Below, piece by piece: positions 38,484-47,289 of a stretch of DNA of 64,000 nucleotides. Both the position numbers and the translations under genes were made by a program. The DNA lies in assembly GCA_016790515.1 (NCBI GenBank), contig JAEUOY010000168.1:537-64536 (forward strand), read 5' to 3'. Under the pieces are notes generated by a model that was not told where the DNA came from, did not search any database, and was given only the letters and a program-made list of their open reading frames with translations. The first letter of the stretch is position 1. Every line of letters begins with the position of its first letter. This DNA comes from Burkholderiaceae bacterium. Lineage in GTDB: Bacteria > Pseudomonadota > Gammaproteobacteria > Burkholderiales > Burkholderiaceae_C.

Positions 38484-38696
38484 TCAGTAGTGCGGCGGCA
38501 GTTCGTCACGCAGGCTGCGCAACGCCGGTGCATCGGTCTGGCCGGCGAGCTGGCGACGCAGTTCGGCAACCTCGCGGACCAGCACCTCGATCTGCCGCTG
38601 CTGGCGCACGATCACCGCATTGAGCTGGTCGACGGCGTCCTCGGTGAAGCTGGCCTTGATCTCCAGGTCGGTCAGGCGCTGTTCGATGGCGGTCAT
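38484..38696 (-). CDS. slyX: SlyX family protein
   Basis: RLTDLEIKASF.ED..DQLN, C-terminal ELPPHY. Confidence 0.9.
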   Translation of the reverse strand: MTAIEQRLTDLEIKASFTEDAVDQLNAVIVRQQRQIEVLVREVAELRRQLAGQTDAPALRSLRDELPPHY

Positions 38697-38790
38697 GGTG
38701 CCGGCCATCCTATCCCGTGCCCCCCGGCGCCGATGCCTGCGGGGCCCACAATCAGGCCGTCGGGCCTGGCGTGCGGGCCGGGAGTCCTGG

Positions 38791-39108
38791 ATGGCGATCT
38801 ACGAACTGCGCACCTACACCGTCATCGTCGGCAAGATGGCCGAGGTGGTCGGCCTCTACCAGGCCGAGGGTTGGCCGGCGCTGGCCAGGCACCCGGGCAA
38901 ACTGGTGGGCTACTTCACCGGCGATGTCGGCGCGATCAACCAGCTGGTGCATCTGTGGAAATTCGACGACGACGCCGACCGGCGCGCGTTCTGGGCCGGC
39001 CTGTTCGCCGACGCGGACTTCATGGCCTTCGTCGCCAAGCTGCGGCCGCTGCTGCTGTCGCAGGAGAACAAGCTGCTGATGGCCTCGCCCTGGGGGCCGC
39101 ACCCCTGA
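38791..39108 (+). CDS. NIPSNAP family protein
   Basis: IYELRTY, VGYFTGDVGAINQLVHLW, QENKLL..PW.P. Confidence 0.85.
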   Translation: MAIYELRTYTVIVGKMAEVVGLYQAEGWPALARHPGKLVGYFTGDVGAINQLVHLWKFDDDADRRAFWAGLFADADFMAFVAKLRPLLLSQENKLLMASPWGPHP

Positions 39109-40358
39109 TGGCTCCGCGAGCCGCGCGCCGATCGCGCAACGCCAGGCCGCTGGACCTGGTCGTCTTCGGCGCCACCGGCTTCACCGGCCGGCTGGTGGCC
39201 GAGGTGCTGGCGGCGCGTTCTGCGGCCGGCGCGGGATTCACCTGGGCGATGGCCGGGCGCGCTGCGGACAAGCTGGCAAAAGTCCGGCGCGCGATCGCCG
39301 CACCCGAAGACACCCCGCTGATCGCGGCCGATGCCAACGATCCGGCCGCACTGGCCGCGCTGGTGGCACGGACCCGGGTCGTGATCACCACCGTCGGGCC
39401 GTACCAGCGCTACGGCGAGGCGCTGGCGGCCGCCTGCGCCGAGGCCGGCACCGACTACGTCGACCTCTGCGGCGAGCCGGTCTGGATGGCGCGGATGATC
39501 CCGCGCCTCGAGCCGGCGGCTCGCGCCAGCGGCGCGCGCATCGTCTTCTCCTGCGGCTTCGATTCGATTCCGTTCGACCTCGGCGTGGTCTTTCTGCAGG
39601 CCGAGGCGCAGCGCCGCTTCGGCCAGCCGCTGCAGCGGGTGCACGGCCTGGTGCGGCGGATGAAGGGCACGGCCTCGGGCGGCACGGTGGCCAGCCTGCT
39701 GGCGACGCTGGACGAGACCGGTCGCGACGCCGCCGCGGCCCGGACGATGGCCGACCCGTTCGCGCTGACCCCGGGCTTCCGCGGCCCGCCGCAGCCCGAC
39801 GGCGACGGCGCCGCCTACGACGAGCTGGCCGGGTCCTGGACCGGCCCGTTCATCATGGCCACGATCAACACCAAGAACGTGCACCGCAGCCACTTCCTGC
39901 GCGGCCACCCCTGGGGTACCGACTTCGAGTACGGCGAGCGGCTGATGCTGGGCGACGGCGCCCTCGGCCGCGCCAAGGCCGAAGGGCTGGCCGGCGCCAC
40001 CCGGCTGCAGAACCTGCTGCTGGGTTTCGGCCCCAGCCGGCGGCTGATCGGCCGGCTGGCGCTGCCGCAGCCGGGCCAGGGTCCCGACCGCCGCCAGCGC
40101 GAGGCCGGCTTCTACGACCTGCTGTTCATCGGCCGGAGCGCCGACGGCCGGGTGCTGCGCGCCACCGTGCATGGCGACGGCGACCCGGGCTACGGCTCGA
40201 CCTCGCGGATGATCGTCGAGGCCGCGCTGTGCCTGGCGCAGGACCTGGGCCGGGAGCACACGCCGGGCGGTGTCTGGACACCCGGCGCGGCGATGGGTCT
40301 GGCGCTGGTGCGGCGGCTCGAGGCCCATGCCGGGCTGGTGTTCGCGATCGAGGGTTGA
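39108..40358 (+). CDS. Saccharopine dehydrogenase-like / trans-acting enoyl reductase family oxidoreductase
   Basis: VFGATGFTG, TVGPY..YG, YVDLCGE, SCGFDSIP.D, GDPGYGST; TGATG coupling to NIPSNAP. Confidence 0.85.
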   Translation: MAPRAARRSRNARPLDLVVFGATGFTGRLVAEVLAARSAAGAGFTWAMAGRAADKLAKVRRAIAAPEDTPLIAADANDPAALAALVARTRVVITTVGPYQRYGEALAAACAEAGTDYVDLCGEPVWMARMIPRLEPAARASGARIVFSCGFDSIPFDLGVVFLQAEAQRRFGQPLQRVHGLVRRMKGTASGGTVASLLATLDETGRDAAAARTMADPFALTPGFRGPPQPDGDGAAYDELAGSWTGPFIMATINTKNVHRSHFLRGHPWGTDFEYGERLMLGDGALGRAKAEGLAGATRLQNLLLGFGPSRRLIGRLALPQPGQGPDRRQREAGFYDLLFIGRSADGRVLRATVHGDGDPGYGSTSRMIVEAALCLAQDLGREHTPGGVWTPGAAMGLALVRRLEAHAGLVFAIEG

Positions 40359-40411
40359 CGGCAAGGCGCCTCCCGCGGCGCGCTGCAAGCCAGCAGCATC
40401 TGCCCGGCAGG

Positions 40412-40594
40412 ATGTTCGGGCGTCCCGGGTCGACAGCCGGCCGCGTTGTCGGCGTGTGTCCACGACAGGCCGCGGCCGACCGCCAGGCTTGCAGGCGCCG
40501 GGCCACCGGCCAGCCCGACGCGGTGGCCGATGCCTCGGTGTTCCAGCGCGCGGTGGCCGCCTGCATGGACGCCCGCCGCTGCACCGTGCGCTGA
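40412..40594 (+). pseudogene. Possible degenerate remnant of a small secreted/lipoprotein gene
   Basis: Fragment QAAADRQACRRRATGQPDAVADASVFQRAVAACMDARRCTVR resembles the C-terminal D..EC..WA / RA..AC...RGY.V pattern of Gly-zipper-associated proteins; no signal peptide or good start. Confidence 0.35.
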
Positions 40595-40609
40595 CCGGCC
40601 GTCGCCGGG

Positions 40610-41791
40610 TCAGATCACCTGGGCCTCGCGCAGGCGCTGGATCCCGGCCTCGCTGTAGCCCAGCTCGGCCAGCACCGCGTCGGTGTGCTCGCCCAGCGTC
40701 GGCGGGCGGCGGCGCGGCACGGCCTTGGTCTCGGTCATCCACAGCGGCACCGCGGCCACCGGCGCGGGCACCGGCAGGCCGGGGTAGTCGGTGGCCTGCA
40801 GCACGCCCAGCGCCTGCACCTGCGGGTGGTCCAGCGCCTGCTGCGGCGACAGCACCGGCGCGCAGGGGATCATCGCCTCGCCGAGGAGGCGCACGACCTC
40901 GTCGTTGCTGCGCTCGGCGCACCAGCGGGCCATGCGCGCGCTGATCAGCTCGCCGTGGCGGCCGCGCGAATCGTCGTCGGCGAAGCTGGGGTCGTCCAGC
41001 CACTGCGGCTCGCCCATCAGCCGGGCCCAGCGCCTGAACAGCGGGTTGCCGGTCACCGCCACCTGCACCTTGCCGTCGCGGGTGGCGTAGATGTCCATCG
41101 GCGCCGAGGTCTGGCCGCGGTTGCCGGTGGGCACGCGGTTGACCTGCGTCACCGCCTGCTCGACCAGCGCCGCATTGGTGAAGGTGACCGCGGTGGCCAG
41201 CAGCGCGCCGGTGACCATCTGGCCCTTGCCGGTCTGCTGGCGCTGCATCAGCGCGGCCATCGCGCCGAAGGCGCAGTGCAGCGCGGTGCCGAAATCGACC
41301 CAGGCCACCGCGGCACGGTACGGATGGTCGGGCTGGCCGGTCATGTAGACCGAGCCCGACATCGCCTGCGCCACGCCGTCGAAACCGACGTTGCCCGACA
41401 TCGGCCCGACCGGGCCGTAGGCGGTGTTGGTGACGAAGATGATGTCGTCCTTGTAGCCGCGCAGCGTGTCGTAGTCGAGGCCCGAGGCCTTCAGCGTCGC
41501 CGCCGGCATGTTGGCGATGACGATGTCGGCGCTCTTCACCAGCCGCGCCACCACCTCGCGGCCGGCCGGCGTGGCCGGGTCCAGCGTGATCGAGCGCTTG
41601 TTGCGGTTCATCTGCAGGAACAGCGCGCCGACGCCGCCACCCACCTGGGCCGGGAAGCGGTCCTCGCTGCCGCTGCGCTTCTCGATGCGGATCACGTCGG
41701 CGCCGTACTCGGCGAGCAGCGCGCCGCAATAGGGGCCGGCGATGTAGCGGCCGAAGTCCAGCACCCGAACACCTTGCAGCAATGCAGTCAT
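40610..41791 (-). CDS. CaiB/BaiF family III CoA transferase
   Basis: LQGVRVLDFGRYIAGP, GADVIRIE, NRNKRSITLD, GFD..AQAMSG, PTLGEHT. Confidence 0.92.
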   Translation of the reverse strand: MTALLQGVRVLDFGRYIAGPYCGALLAEYGADVIRIEKRSGSEDRFPAQVGGGVGALFLQMNRNKRSITLDPATPAGREVVARLVKSADIVIANMPAATLKASGLDYDTLRGYKDDIIFVTNTAYGPVGPMSGNVGFDGVAQAMSGSVYMTGQPDHPYRAAVAWVDFGTALHCAFGAMAALMQRQQTGKGQMVTGALLATAVTFTNAALVEQAVTQVNRVPTGNRGQTSAPMDIYATRDGKVQVAVTGNPLFRRWARLMGEPQWLDDPSFADDDSRGRHGELISARMARWCAERSNDEVVRLLGEAMIPCAPVLSPQQALDHPQVQALGVLQATDYPGLPVPAPVAAVPLWMTETKAVPRRRPPTLGEHTDAVLAELGYSEAGIQRLREAQVI

Positions 41792-41905
41792 CGAAAACCC
41801 GTCACGGTGGAAGTTGAATGGCAATATGGCATGTCCGGCGGTTTCAGACCATCCGGTATGTGACTGCCCGAGCCGAGAATTCCCCCCCCCCGAACCGGAG
41901 ACGAG

Positions 41906-43159
41906 ATGACCGCATCCCCCGCATCGCTGGGCTTCTGCGCCCAGCGCCTGGCCCGCATCGACCGCTTCCTGGCCGAGAAGTACATCGACAACGGCAAGCT
42001 GCCCTGCGCCCAGCTGGTGGTGGCGCGCCAGGGTCAGGTGGTGCACCAGTCGGTGCTCGGCAAGGCCTCGCTGGAGACTGGCGAGCCGATGCGCGACGAC
42101 ACCATCGTGCGCATCTACTCGATGACCAAGCCGATCACCAGCGTCGCCTTCATGATGCTGGTCGAGGAAGGCAAGGTCGCGCTCGACGACCCGGTGCACC
42201 GCTTCATCCCGGCCTGGCGCGACCTGGGCGTCTACGTCGGCGGCGGCGGCGGGCTGCCCGGCACGCCCGCTGGCTGGCTGACCCGACCGACCGAAGGCCC
42301 GATGCGCATGATCGACCTGCTGCGCCACACCTCGGGGCTGACCTACGGCTTCCAGAACCGCACCAACGTCGACGCGGCCTACCGCCTGAACAAGATCGAC
42401 CCGTTCGAGCAGCCCGAGGGCCTGCAGGGCTTCGTCGACGCGCTGGCCAAGGTGCCGCTGGAGTTCTCGCCCGGCACGGCCTGGAACTACTCGGTGTCCA
42501 CCGACGTGCTGGGCTACCTGGTCGGCCAGATCTCGGGCCAGCCGTTCGAGGAGTTCCTGCAGCAGCGCATCTTCGGCCCGCTGGGCATGGTCGACACCGC
42601 GTTCTTCGCCGGCGACGACAAGGCCGCGCGTCTGGCCGAGTGCTACATCCTGGCCTCGGGCGGCCGCCTGGCGCCGCTGGTCACGCCGCGCGATTTCCGC
42701 ACGCCGCCGAAGGCGCCGTCGGGCGGCGGCGGGCTGGTGTCGACCGCCGCCGACTACCTGCGCTTCTGCGAGGCGATGCGTTGCGGCGGCGCGCTCGGGA
42801 CCGGGCCCAACGAGGTGCGCCTGCTCGGCCCGAAGACCGTCGCGCTGATGCGCGCCAACCACCTGCCCGACGGGCGCGACCTGGCCGACATCTCGCTGTC
42901 GATGTTCACCGAGGCCACCTACCGCGGCGTCGGCTTCGGCCTGGGCTTCGCGATGACCACCGACGTCGCGCGCACCGGCGTCGCCGGGTCGGTCGGCGAG
43001 CACTGGTGGGGCGGGGCGGCGTCGACCGCGTTCTGGATCGACCCGGTCGAGGAGGTCAGCGTCGTCTTCCTGACCCAGTTCATGCCGTCGACGATGTACC
43101 CGATCCGCCGCGAGCTGCGCACGATGGTCAACGCGGCGATCGTCGATTCCAAGGCCTGA
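41906..43159 (+). CDS. Serine hydrolase, beta-lactamase-fold esterase (family VIII/EstB-like)
   Basis: RIYSMTK (SxxK), LLRHTSG, PGTAWNYS, PLGMVDT, WGGAAST.FWIDP. Confidence 0.9.
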   Translation: MTASPASLGFCAQRLARIDRFLAEKYIDNGKLPCAQLVVARQGQVVHQSVLGKASLETGEPMRDDTIVRIYSMTKPITSVAFMMLVEEGKVALDDPVHRFIPAWRDLGVYVGGGGGLPGTPAGWLTRPTEGPMRMIDLLRHTSGLTYGFQNRTNVDAAYRLNKIDPFEQPEGLQGFVDALAKVPLEFSPGTAWNYSVSTDVLGYLVGQISGQPFEEFLQQRIFGPLGMVDTAFFAGDDKAARLAECYILASGGRLAPLVTPRDFRTPPKAPSGGGGLVSTAADYLRFCEAMRCGGALGTGPNEVRLLGPKTVALMRANHLPDGRDLADISLSMFTEATYRGVGFGLGFAMTTDVARTGVAGSVGEHWWGGAASTAFWIDPVEEVSVVFLTQFMPSTMYPIRRELRTMVNAAIVDSKA

Positions 43160-43172
43160 CGCCGGGAGGCCC

Positions 43173-44624
43173 GTGATGCTGCCGCTGCACTTCCAGTCCG
43201 CCACCGCCATCGCCCGGCAGATCGCCGCGGGCACGCTCGGCGCGCGCGAGGCGCTCGAACACTTTCTCGCCCGCGTCGACCGGCTCAACCCGCGGCTCAA
43301 CGCGGTGATCGTGCAGGACCGCGAGCGGGCGCGGGCGCGTGCCGACGCGGCCGATGCCGGGCGCGCGCGCGGCGCCCCGCTGGGCCCGCTGCACGGCGTG
43401 CCGATGACGGTCAAGGAGAGCTACGACCTGGCCGGGACGCCGACGACCTGGGGCGTGCCGGAGATGCGCGGCAACATCGCGCCGCAGGACGCGCTGGCGA
43501 TCCAGCGGCTGGTCGCCGCCGGCGCCAACGTGTTCGGCAAGACCAACGTGCCGATCCGGCTGGCCGATTTCCAGAGCTACAACGAGATCCACGGCACCAC
43601 CGACAACCCCTGGCGCGCCGGACGCACGCCGGGCGGTTCGTCCGGCGGCTCGGCCGCGGCGCTGGCCGCCGGCCTCACCGGGCTGGAGATCGGCAGCGAC
43701 ATCGGCGGCTCGATCCGCAACCCGGCGCACTACTGCGGCGTGTTCGGCCACAAGCCGACCTGGAACCTGCTGCCCACGCGCGGCCACTCGCTCACCGGTG
43801 CGCTGACGCCGCCGGACATCGCGGTGATCGGCCCGCTGGCCCGCTCGGCCGCCGACCTGGAGGCCACGCTGCGGCTGATGGCCGGCCCCGACCTGCTCGA
43901 ATCGCGCGGCCTGAAGCTGGATCTGCCCGGGCTGGACGCGCCGCTGTCGGCGCTGCGCATCGCCGTCTGGCGCGACGACCCGCTGTGCCCGGTGTCGGCC
44001 GCGGTGCGCGAGCGCGTCGACGCGGTGGCCGCGGCGCTGGCCGCCCAGGGCGCCCGCATCGACGACCAGGCCCGCCCGGCGTTCGACGCCGGGCACAGCC
44101 ACCGGGTGTTCCAGGGCCTGCTGCATTCGGCGATGGCCGGCCGCTTCGGCGACGAGGACTTTGCCCACCTGGTGGCCCAGGCCGACGCGCTCGACCCGGC
44201 CGACTCCGGCGCCGCGGCGCAGGTGCTGCGCGCGCAGACGATGCGCGCGCGCGACTGGCAGGGGCTGGCCGAGGCCCGCACCCAGCTGCGCTGGGCCTGG
44301 CATCGCTTCTTCGAAGAGCACGATGTCGTGCTGACGCCGATGATGTCGACGACCGCGTTCGCGCACGACCACGCGCCGTTCGGACAGCGCACGATCGAGG
44401 TCGACGGCCTGCGCCAGCCGTACTTCAGCCAGATCTTCTGGGCCGGGCTGGCCGGCGTGGCCTGCCTGCCGGCGACGGTGATCCCGACCGGCCCTGCCGC
44501 CGACGGGCTGCCGATCGGCGTGCAGATCATCGGCCCGGGCTATGGCGACCTGCGCACGATCCAGCTGGCGCAGCGGCTCGAATCGCTGGGCTTCGCGTTC
44601 CAGCCGCCGCCGGGCTGGGACTGA
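43173..44624 (+). CDS. Amidase signature family enzyme
   Basis: GPLHGVPMTVKE, GGSSGGSAAA, GSDIGGSIR.PA. Confidence 0.92.
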   Translation: MMLPLHFQSATAIARQIAAGTLGAREALEHFLARVDRLNPRLNAVIVQDRERARARADAADAGRARGAPLGPLHGVPMTVKESYDLAGTPTTWGVPEMRGNIAPQDALAIQRLVAAGANVFGKTNVPIRLADFQSYNEIHGTTDNPWRAGRTPGGSSGGSAAALAAGLTGLEIGSDIGGSIRNPAHYCGVFGHKPTWNLLPTRGHSLTGALTPPDIAVIGPLARSAADLEATLRLMAGPDLLESRGLKLDLPGLDAPLSALRIAVWRDDPLCPVSAAVRERVDAVAAALAAQGARIDDQARPAFDAGHSHRVFQGLLHSAMAGRFGDEDFAHLVAQADALDPADSGAAAQVLRAQTMRARDWQGLAEARTQLRWAWHRFFEEHDVVLTPMMSTTAFAHDHAPFGQRTIEVDGLRQPYFSQIFWAGLAGVACLPATVIPTGPAADGLPIGVQIIGPGYGDLRTIQLAQRLESLGFAFQPPPGWD

Positions 44625-44642
44625 AGCGGCCTCGGGCGGGGC

Positions 44643-46262
44643 TCATCTCAGGATCCGCCTGAGCGCCTCGACCAGCGCGTTGGGGTGGTCCAGCCCCTGG
44701 TAGGTCGGCGGCAGCGGCGTGTCCAGCCCGAGCAGCCCGTTGACCGCGATCCGCGCCGAGTGCACCGAGTACTCGACGGTGTAAACCACGTCGTCGGGCA
44801 CCTCGCAGTACTGGCCGACGAAGGCCAGGTTGGCGGTGCCGGGCGGGATGACCTGCGGCCGGTCGCCGGGATGCCGGGGCATGAACTGGCTGGTGGTGTA
44901 GGGCAGCAGGCAGGGGATGCAGTTGGCGCCGGCCAGCAGCGCCGGAACCTGGTCCTGCAGCCCCAGGTGCGAGTACAGCTCGACCAGGATCTCCTCGCCG
45001 CTGCAGTCGATCATGCGCTTGGGCACGAAGTCGCCCGGCCGGTCGGCGTACAGGCCGTAGCCCCACCAGACGAAGCGGTCGGCCGGCTGGCCCGGGAAGG
45101 CCGGCGACGGGTAGAGGTGGAAGGTCAGCATCCAGCGCGAATCCTTCAGCGTCACCAGGCCGCCGCAGCCGGCCGGGCAGCGGCCCAGGCGCTCGACATG
45201 GTCGACGAAGCGCCGGTCGCCGTCGGTCACCGTGAAAGTGATCCAGCGCGTCTTGCCGACATGGCCGCAGAACACCGACGGGTGGCCGAAGGCCGGGTCC
45301 TTGGCGGCCAGCTTCTGCCAGAGCTCCCAGGCCGGGTCGGGGGCGTCGGGCGTCGGCGCCGGCGGCTGGGTCATCGAACCCAGGGTCGAGGCCGCCGTCA
45401 TCGACCCCAGCGTGACGATCACCGGGTCATGCGGGTTGACGTGGATCTCGGCGTGCTCGGTGCCGCGCTGCACGCTGAGGCGCCGCACCGCCCTGGCGCC
45501 GCCCTGGGGCCCGAAGTGCAGGTCGGTGACCTGCACGCCGGTCTCGACGCTCACGCCCTGCGCCTGCAGCCAGCGCAGCATCGGCCGGACGATCGAGTCG
45601 TGGCCGTTGTAGCGGGTCGACTGGATGATCTGCATCGTCTCGAGGTCCGGGAACAGGCGCAGGAAACGCAGCAGGTAGCGTCGCAGCTCGGCGGCGCTGT
45701 GCCAGGTCTCGAAGCCGAACATGCTGCACCACATCAGCCAGAAGTTCGACTCGAGGAACGGCGGCTCGAAGACCTGGTCGATGCGCTTGCCGTCGAGAAG
45801 ACCCTCCGGCTGCAGCATCAGCTTGACCAGGTCGGCGCGGTCGCGGTTGCGCAAGCCCCAGGACGACAGGTCGGCGATCTGGCCGCCGCGTCCGACCAGC
45901 CGGGCCTTGTCGTACCAGGGCGTGGCCTGCCAGAACTCGAAGGTGTCCGCGGTGATCGACTTGGCGGGGTCGTCGAGCGACGGAATGCCGTCGAGCAACT
46001 CGTAGGTCAGCACGTAGGCCGGGCCGAACATCCGGCTGCCGCGCATCGAGTAGCCCTGCTCGGCCGAGCCGGCGGCGTCGAGGCTGCCGCCGGGCTGTCC
46101 GGCCTCGTAGAGATGGATGTTCGGCCCCGGGACGCCGCCGTCGCGGATCAGGCAGACGGCGCTGGCCAGCCCGGCGACGCCGCCGCCGACCAGGTGGCAG
46201 TGGATGCCGTCACGCCCTTTGGTGGCGGGCGACGCGGTGAGCGGAGGATCGTCTGGGTTCAT
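44643..46262 (-). CDS. ohyA: Oleate hydratase (MCRA family)
   Basis: VGGGVAGLASA..LIRD FAD motif, GGSLD, RGSRM, SNFW.MW..MFGF..WHSA.E.RRY, NLAFVGQY.E..DD.VYTVEYSV; ATG 46262 after AAGGAG. Confidence 0.88.
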   Translation of the reverse strand: MNPDDPPLTASPATKGRDGIHCHLVGGGVAGLASAVCLIRDGGVPGPNIHLYEAGQPGGSLDAAGSAEQGYSMRGSRMFGPAYVLTYELLDGIPSLDDPAKSITADTFEFWQATPWYDKARLVGRGGQIADLSSWGLRNRDRADLVKLMLQPEGLLDGKRIDQVFEPPFLESNFWLMWCSMFGFETWHSAAELRRYLLRFLRLFPDLETMQIIQSTRYNGHDSIVRPMLRWLQAQGVSVETGVQVTDLHFGPQGGARAVRRLSVQRGTEHAEIHVNPHDPVIVTLGSMTAASTLGSMTQPPAPTPDAPDPAWELWQKLAAKDPAFGHPSVFCGHVGKTRWITFTVTDGDRRFVDHVERLGRCPAGCGGLVTLKDSRWMLTFHLYPSPAFPGQPADRFVWWGYGLYADRPGDFVPKRMIDCSGEEILVELYSHLGLQDQVPALLAGANCIPCLLPYTTSQFMPRHPGDRPQVIPPGTANLAFVGQYCEVPDDVVYTVEYSVHSARIAVNGLLGLDTPLPPTYQGLDHPNALVEALRRILR

Positions 46263-46379
46263 GCTGCGCTCCTTCGGCCGAACCGGCAGCATGCGCCGAT
46301 CCGGCGGCGGTGGTTTGAGCCGGCGCAAGCCGGATCGGCCCGGGACTTCGGCCCGGCGGGGTGCGCGCTGCCGGGCCGG

Positions 46380-46766
46380 TCACTGCTGCGGCAGGTCCTC
46401 GTGGAGGCAGAGGTAGTTGCCCTCGGTGTCCTTGAACCAGGCGGCCTTCTCCGCGCCGAGGACACAGACATGATCGACGGTCTTCAGTCCGGGAAAGTCG
46501 TAGTCCTCGAAGACCACGCCGGCCCGTTTCAGCTCGGCGATGCTGGCCGCGATGTCCGCGACCCGGAAGCTCACTGCGGTGTGGTCTGCCTTGGTGCCTT
46601 CGGGCTTGGGGAACAGCGCCAGCGTGCTGCCGCCCACGGCGTAGACGAACTTGCCGTCGGGCCGGAAGCCGCCGGGCTGCAAGCCCAGGCAGCCCTCGTA
46701 GAACCTTCGCGCCCGCTCGATATCGATCACCGGCAGCATCGTGGTGACAGAAGCGTTGGTCAGCAT
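46380..46766 (-). CDS. VOC/glyoxalase family protein
   Basis: LPVIDIERARRFY, GVVFEDYD.PG, AWFKDTEGN. Confidence 0.88.
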   Translation of the reverse strand: MLTNASVTTMLPVIDIERARRFYEGCLGLQPGGFRPDGKFVYAVGGSTLALFPKPEGTKADHTAVSFRVADIAASIAELKRAGVVFEDYDFPGLKTVDHVCVLGAEKAAWFKDTEGNYLCLHEDLPQQ

Positions 46767-46888
46767 GTGCAGTCCTTTCTTCCAGCCCGGCCACAACGGC
46801 CAAGACGGCGACATCGGCGCAGCGGCCAGGTCGTCGGCCGGTCGATCAGCATAGACTCGTCGCCGTCGCAATGCGAGAGGAACGGGCC

Positions 46889-47278
46889 GTGACCGACGAC
46901 GCCACCCTGCTGGAACAGGCGCTGGAAGGCGTGGTCGAGCGCATCGGCGACCCCGCGCCGCGCGTCTACGCCCGGCTCTTTGAGCGCTGGCCCGACCTGC
47001 CCGCGCTGTTCGTCGGCGATCCGCGCGGCTCGGTGCGCGGCGAGATGTTCCAGCGCGTGGTCGAGTCGCTGCTCGATCTGGCGCAGGGCCGCGACTGGGC
47101 CGGCGCGCTGATCGCCACCGAGCGCGTCAACCATGCCGGCCTGGGCGTCAGCGCGCAGCAGTTCGAGGACTTCTTCGAGGTGATGGCCGAGGTCTGCCGC
47201 GAGGCGCTGGGGCCGGGCTGGACCGGCGAGATCGACGGCGCGTGGCGCCGGGTCGTCGGGCGGGCCATGGCGGCCTGA
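46889..47278 (+). CDS. Single-domain globin
   Basis: VYARLFERWP...LF, NHAGLGV (proximal His), W.......AW globin pattern. Confidence 0.75.
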   Translation: MTDDATLLEQALEGVVERIGDPAPRVYARLFERWPDLPALFVGDPRGSVRGEMFQRVVESLLDLAQGRDWAGALIATERVNHAGLGVSAQQFEDFFEVMAEVCREALGPGWTGEIDGAWRRVVGRAMAA

Positions 47279-47289
47279 GCGGCGCCGGT

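Noticed and set aside
41906-43159. Beta-lactamase resistance gene
   Set aside because: No signal peptide; LLRHTSG and WGG motifs plus the catabolic context fit a family VIII esterase.
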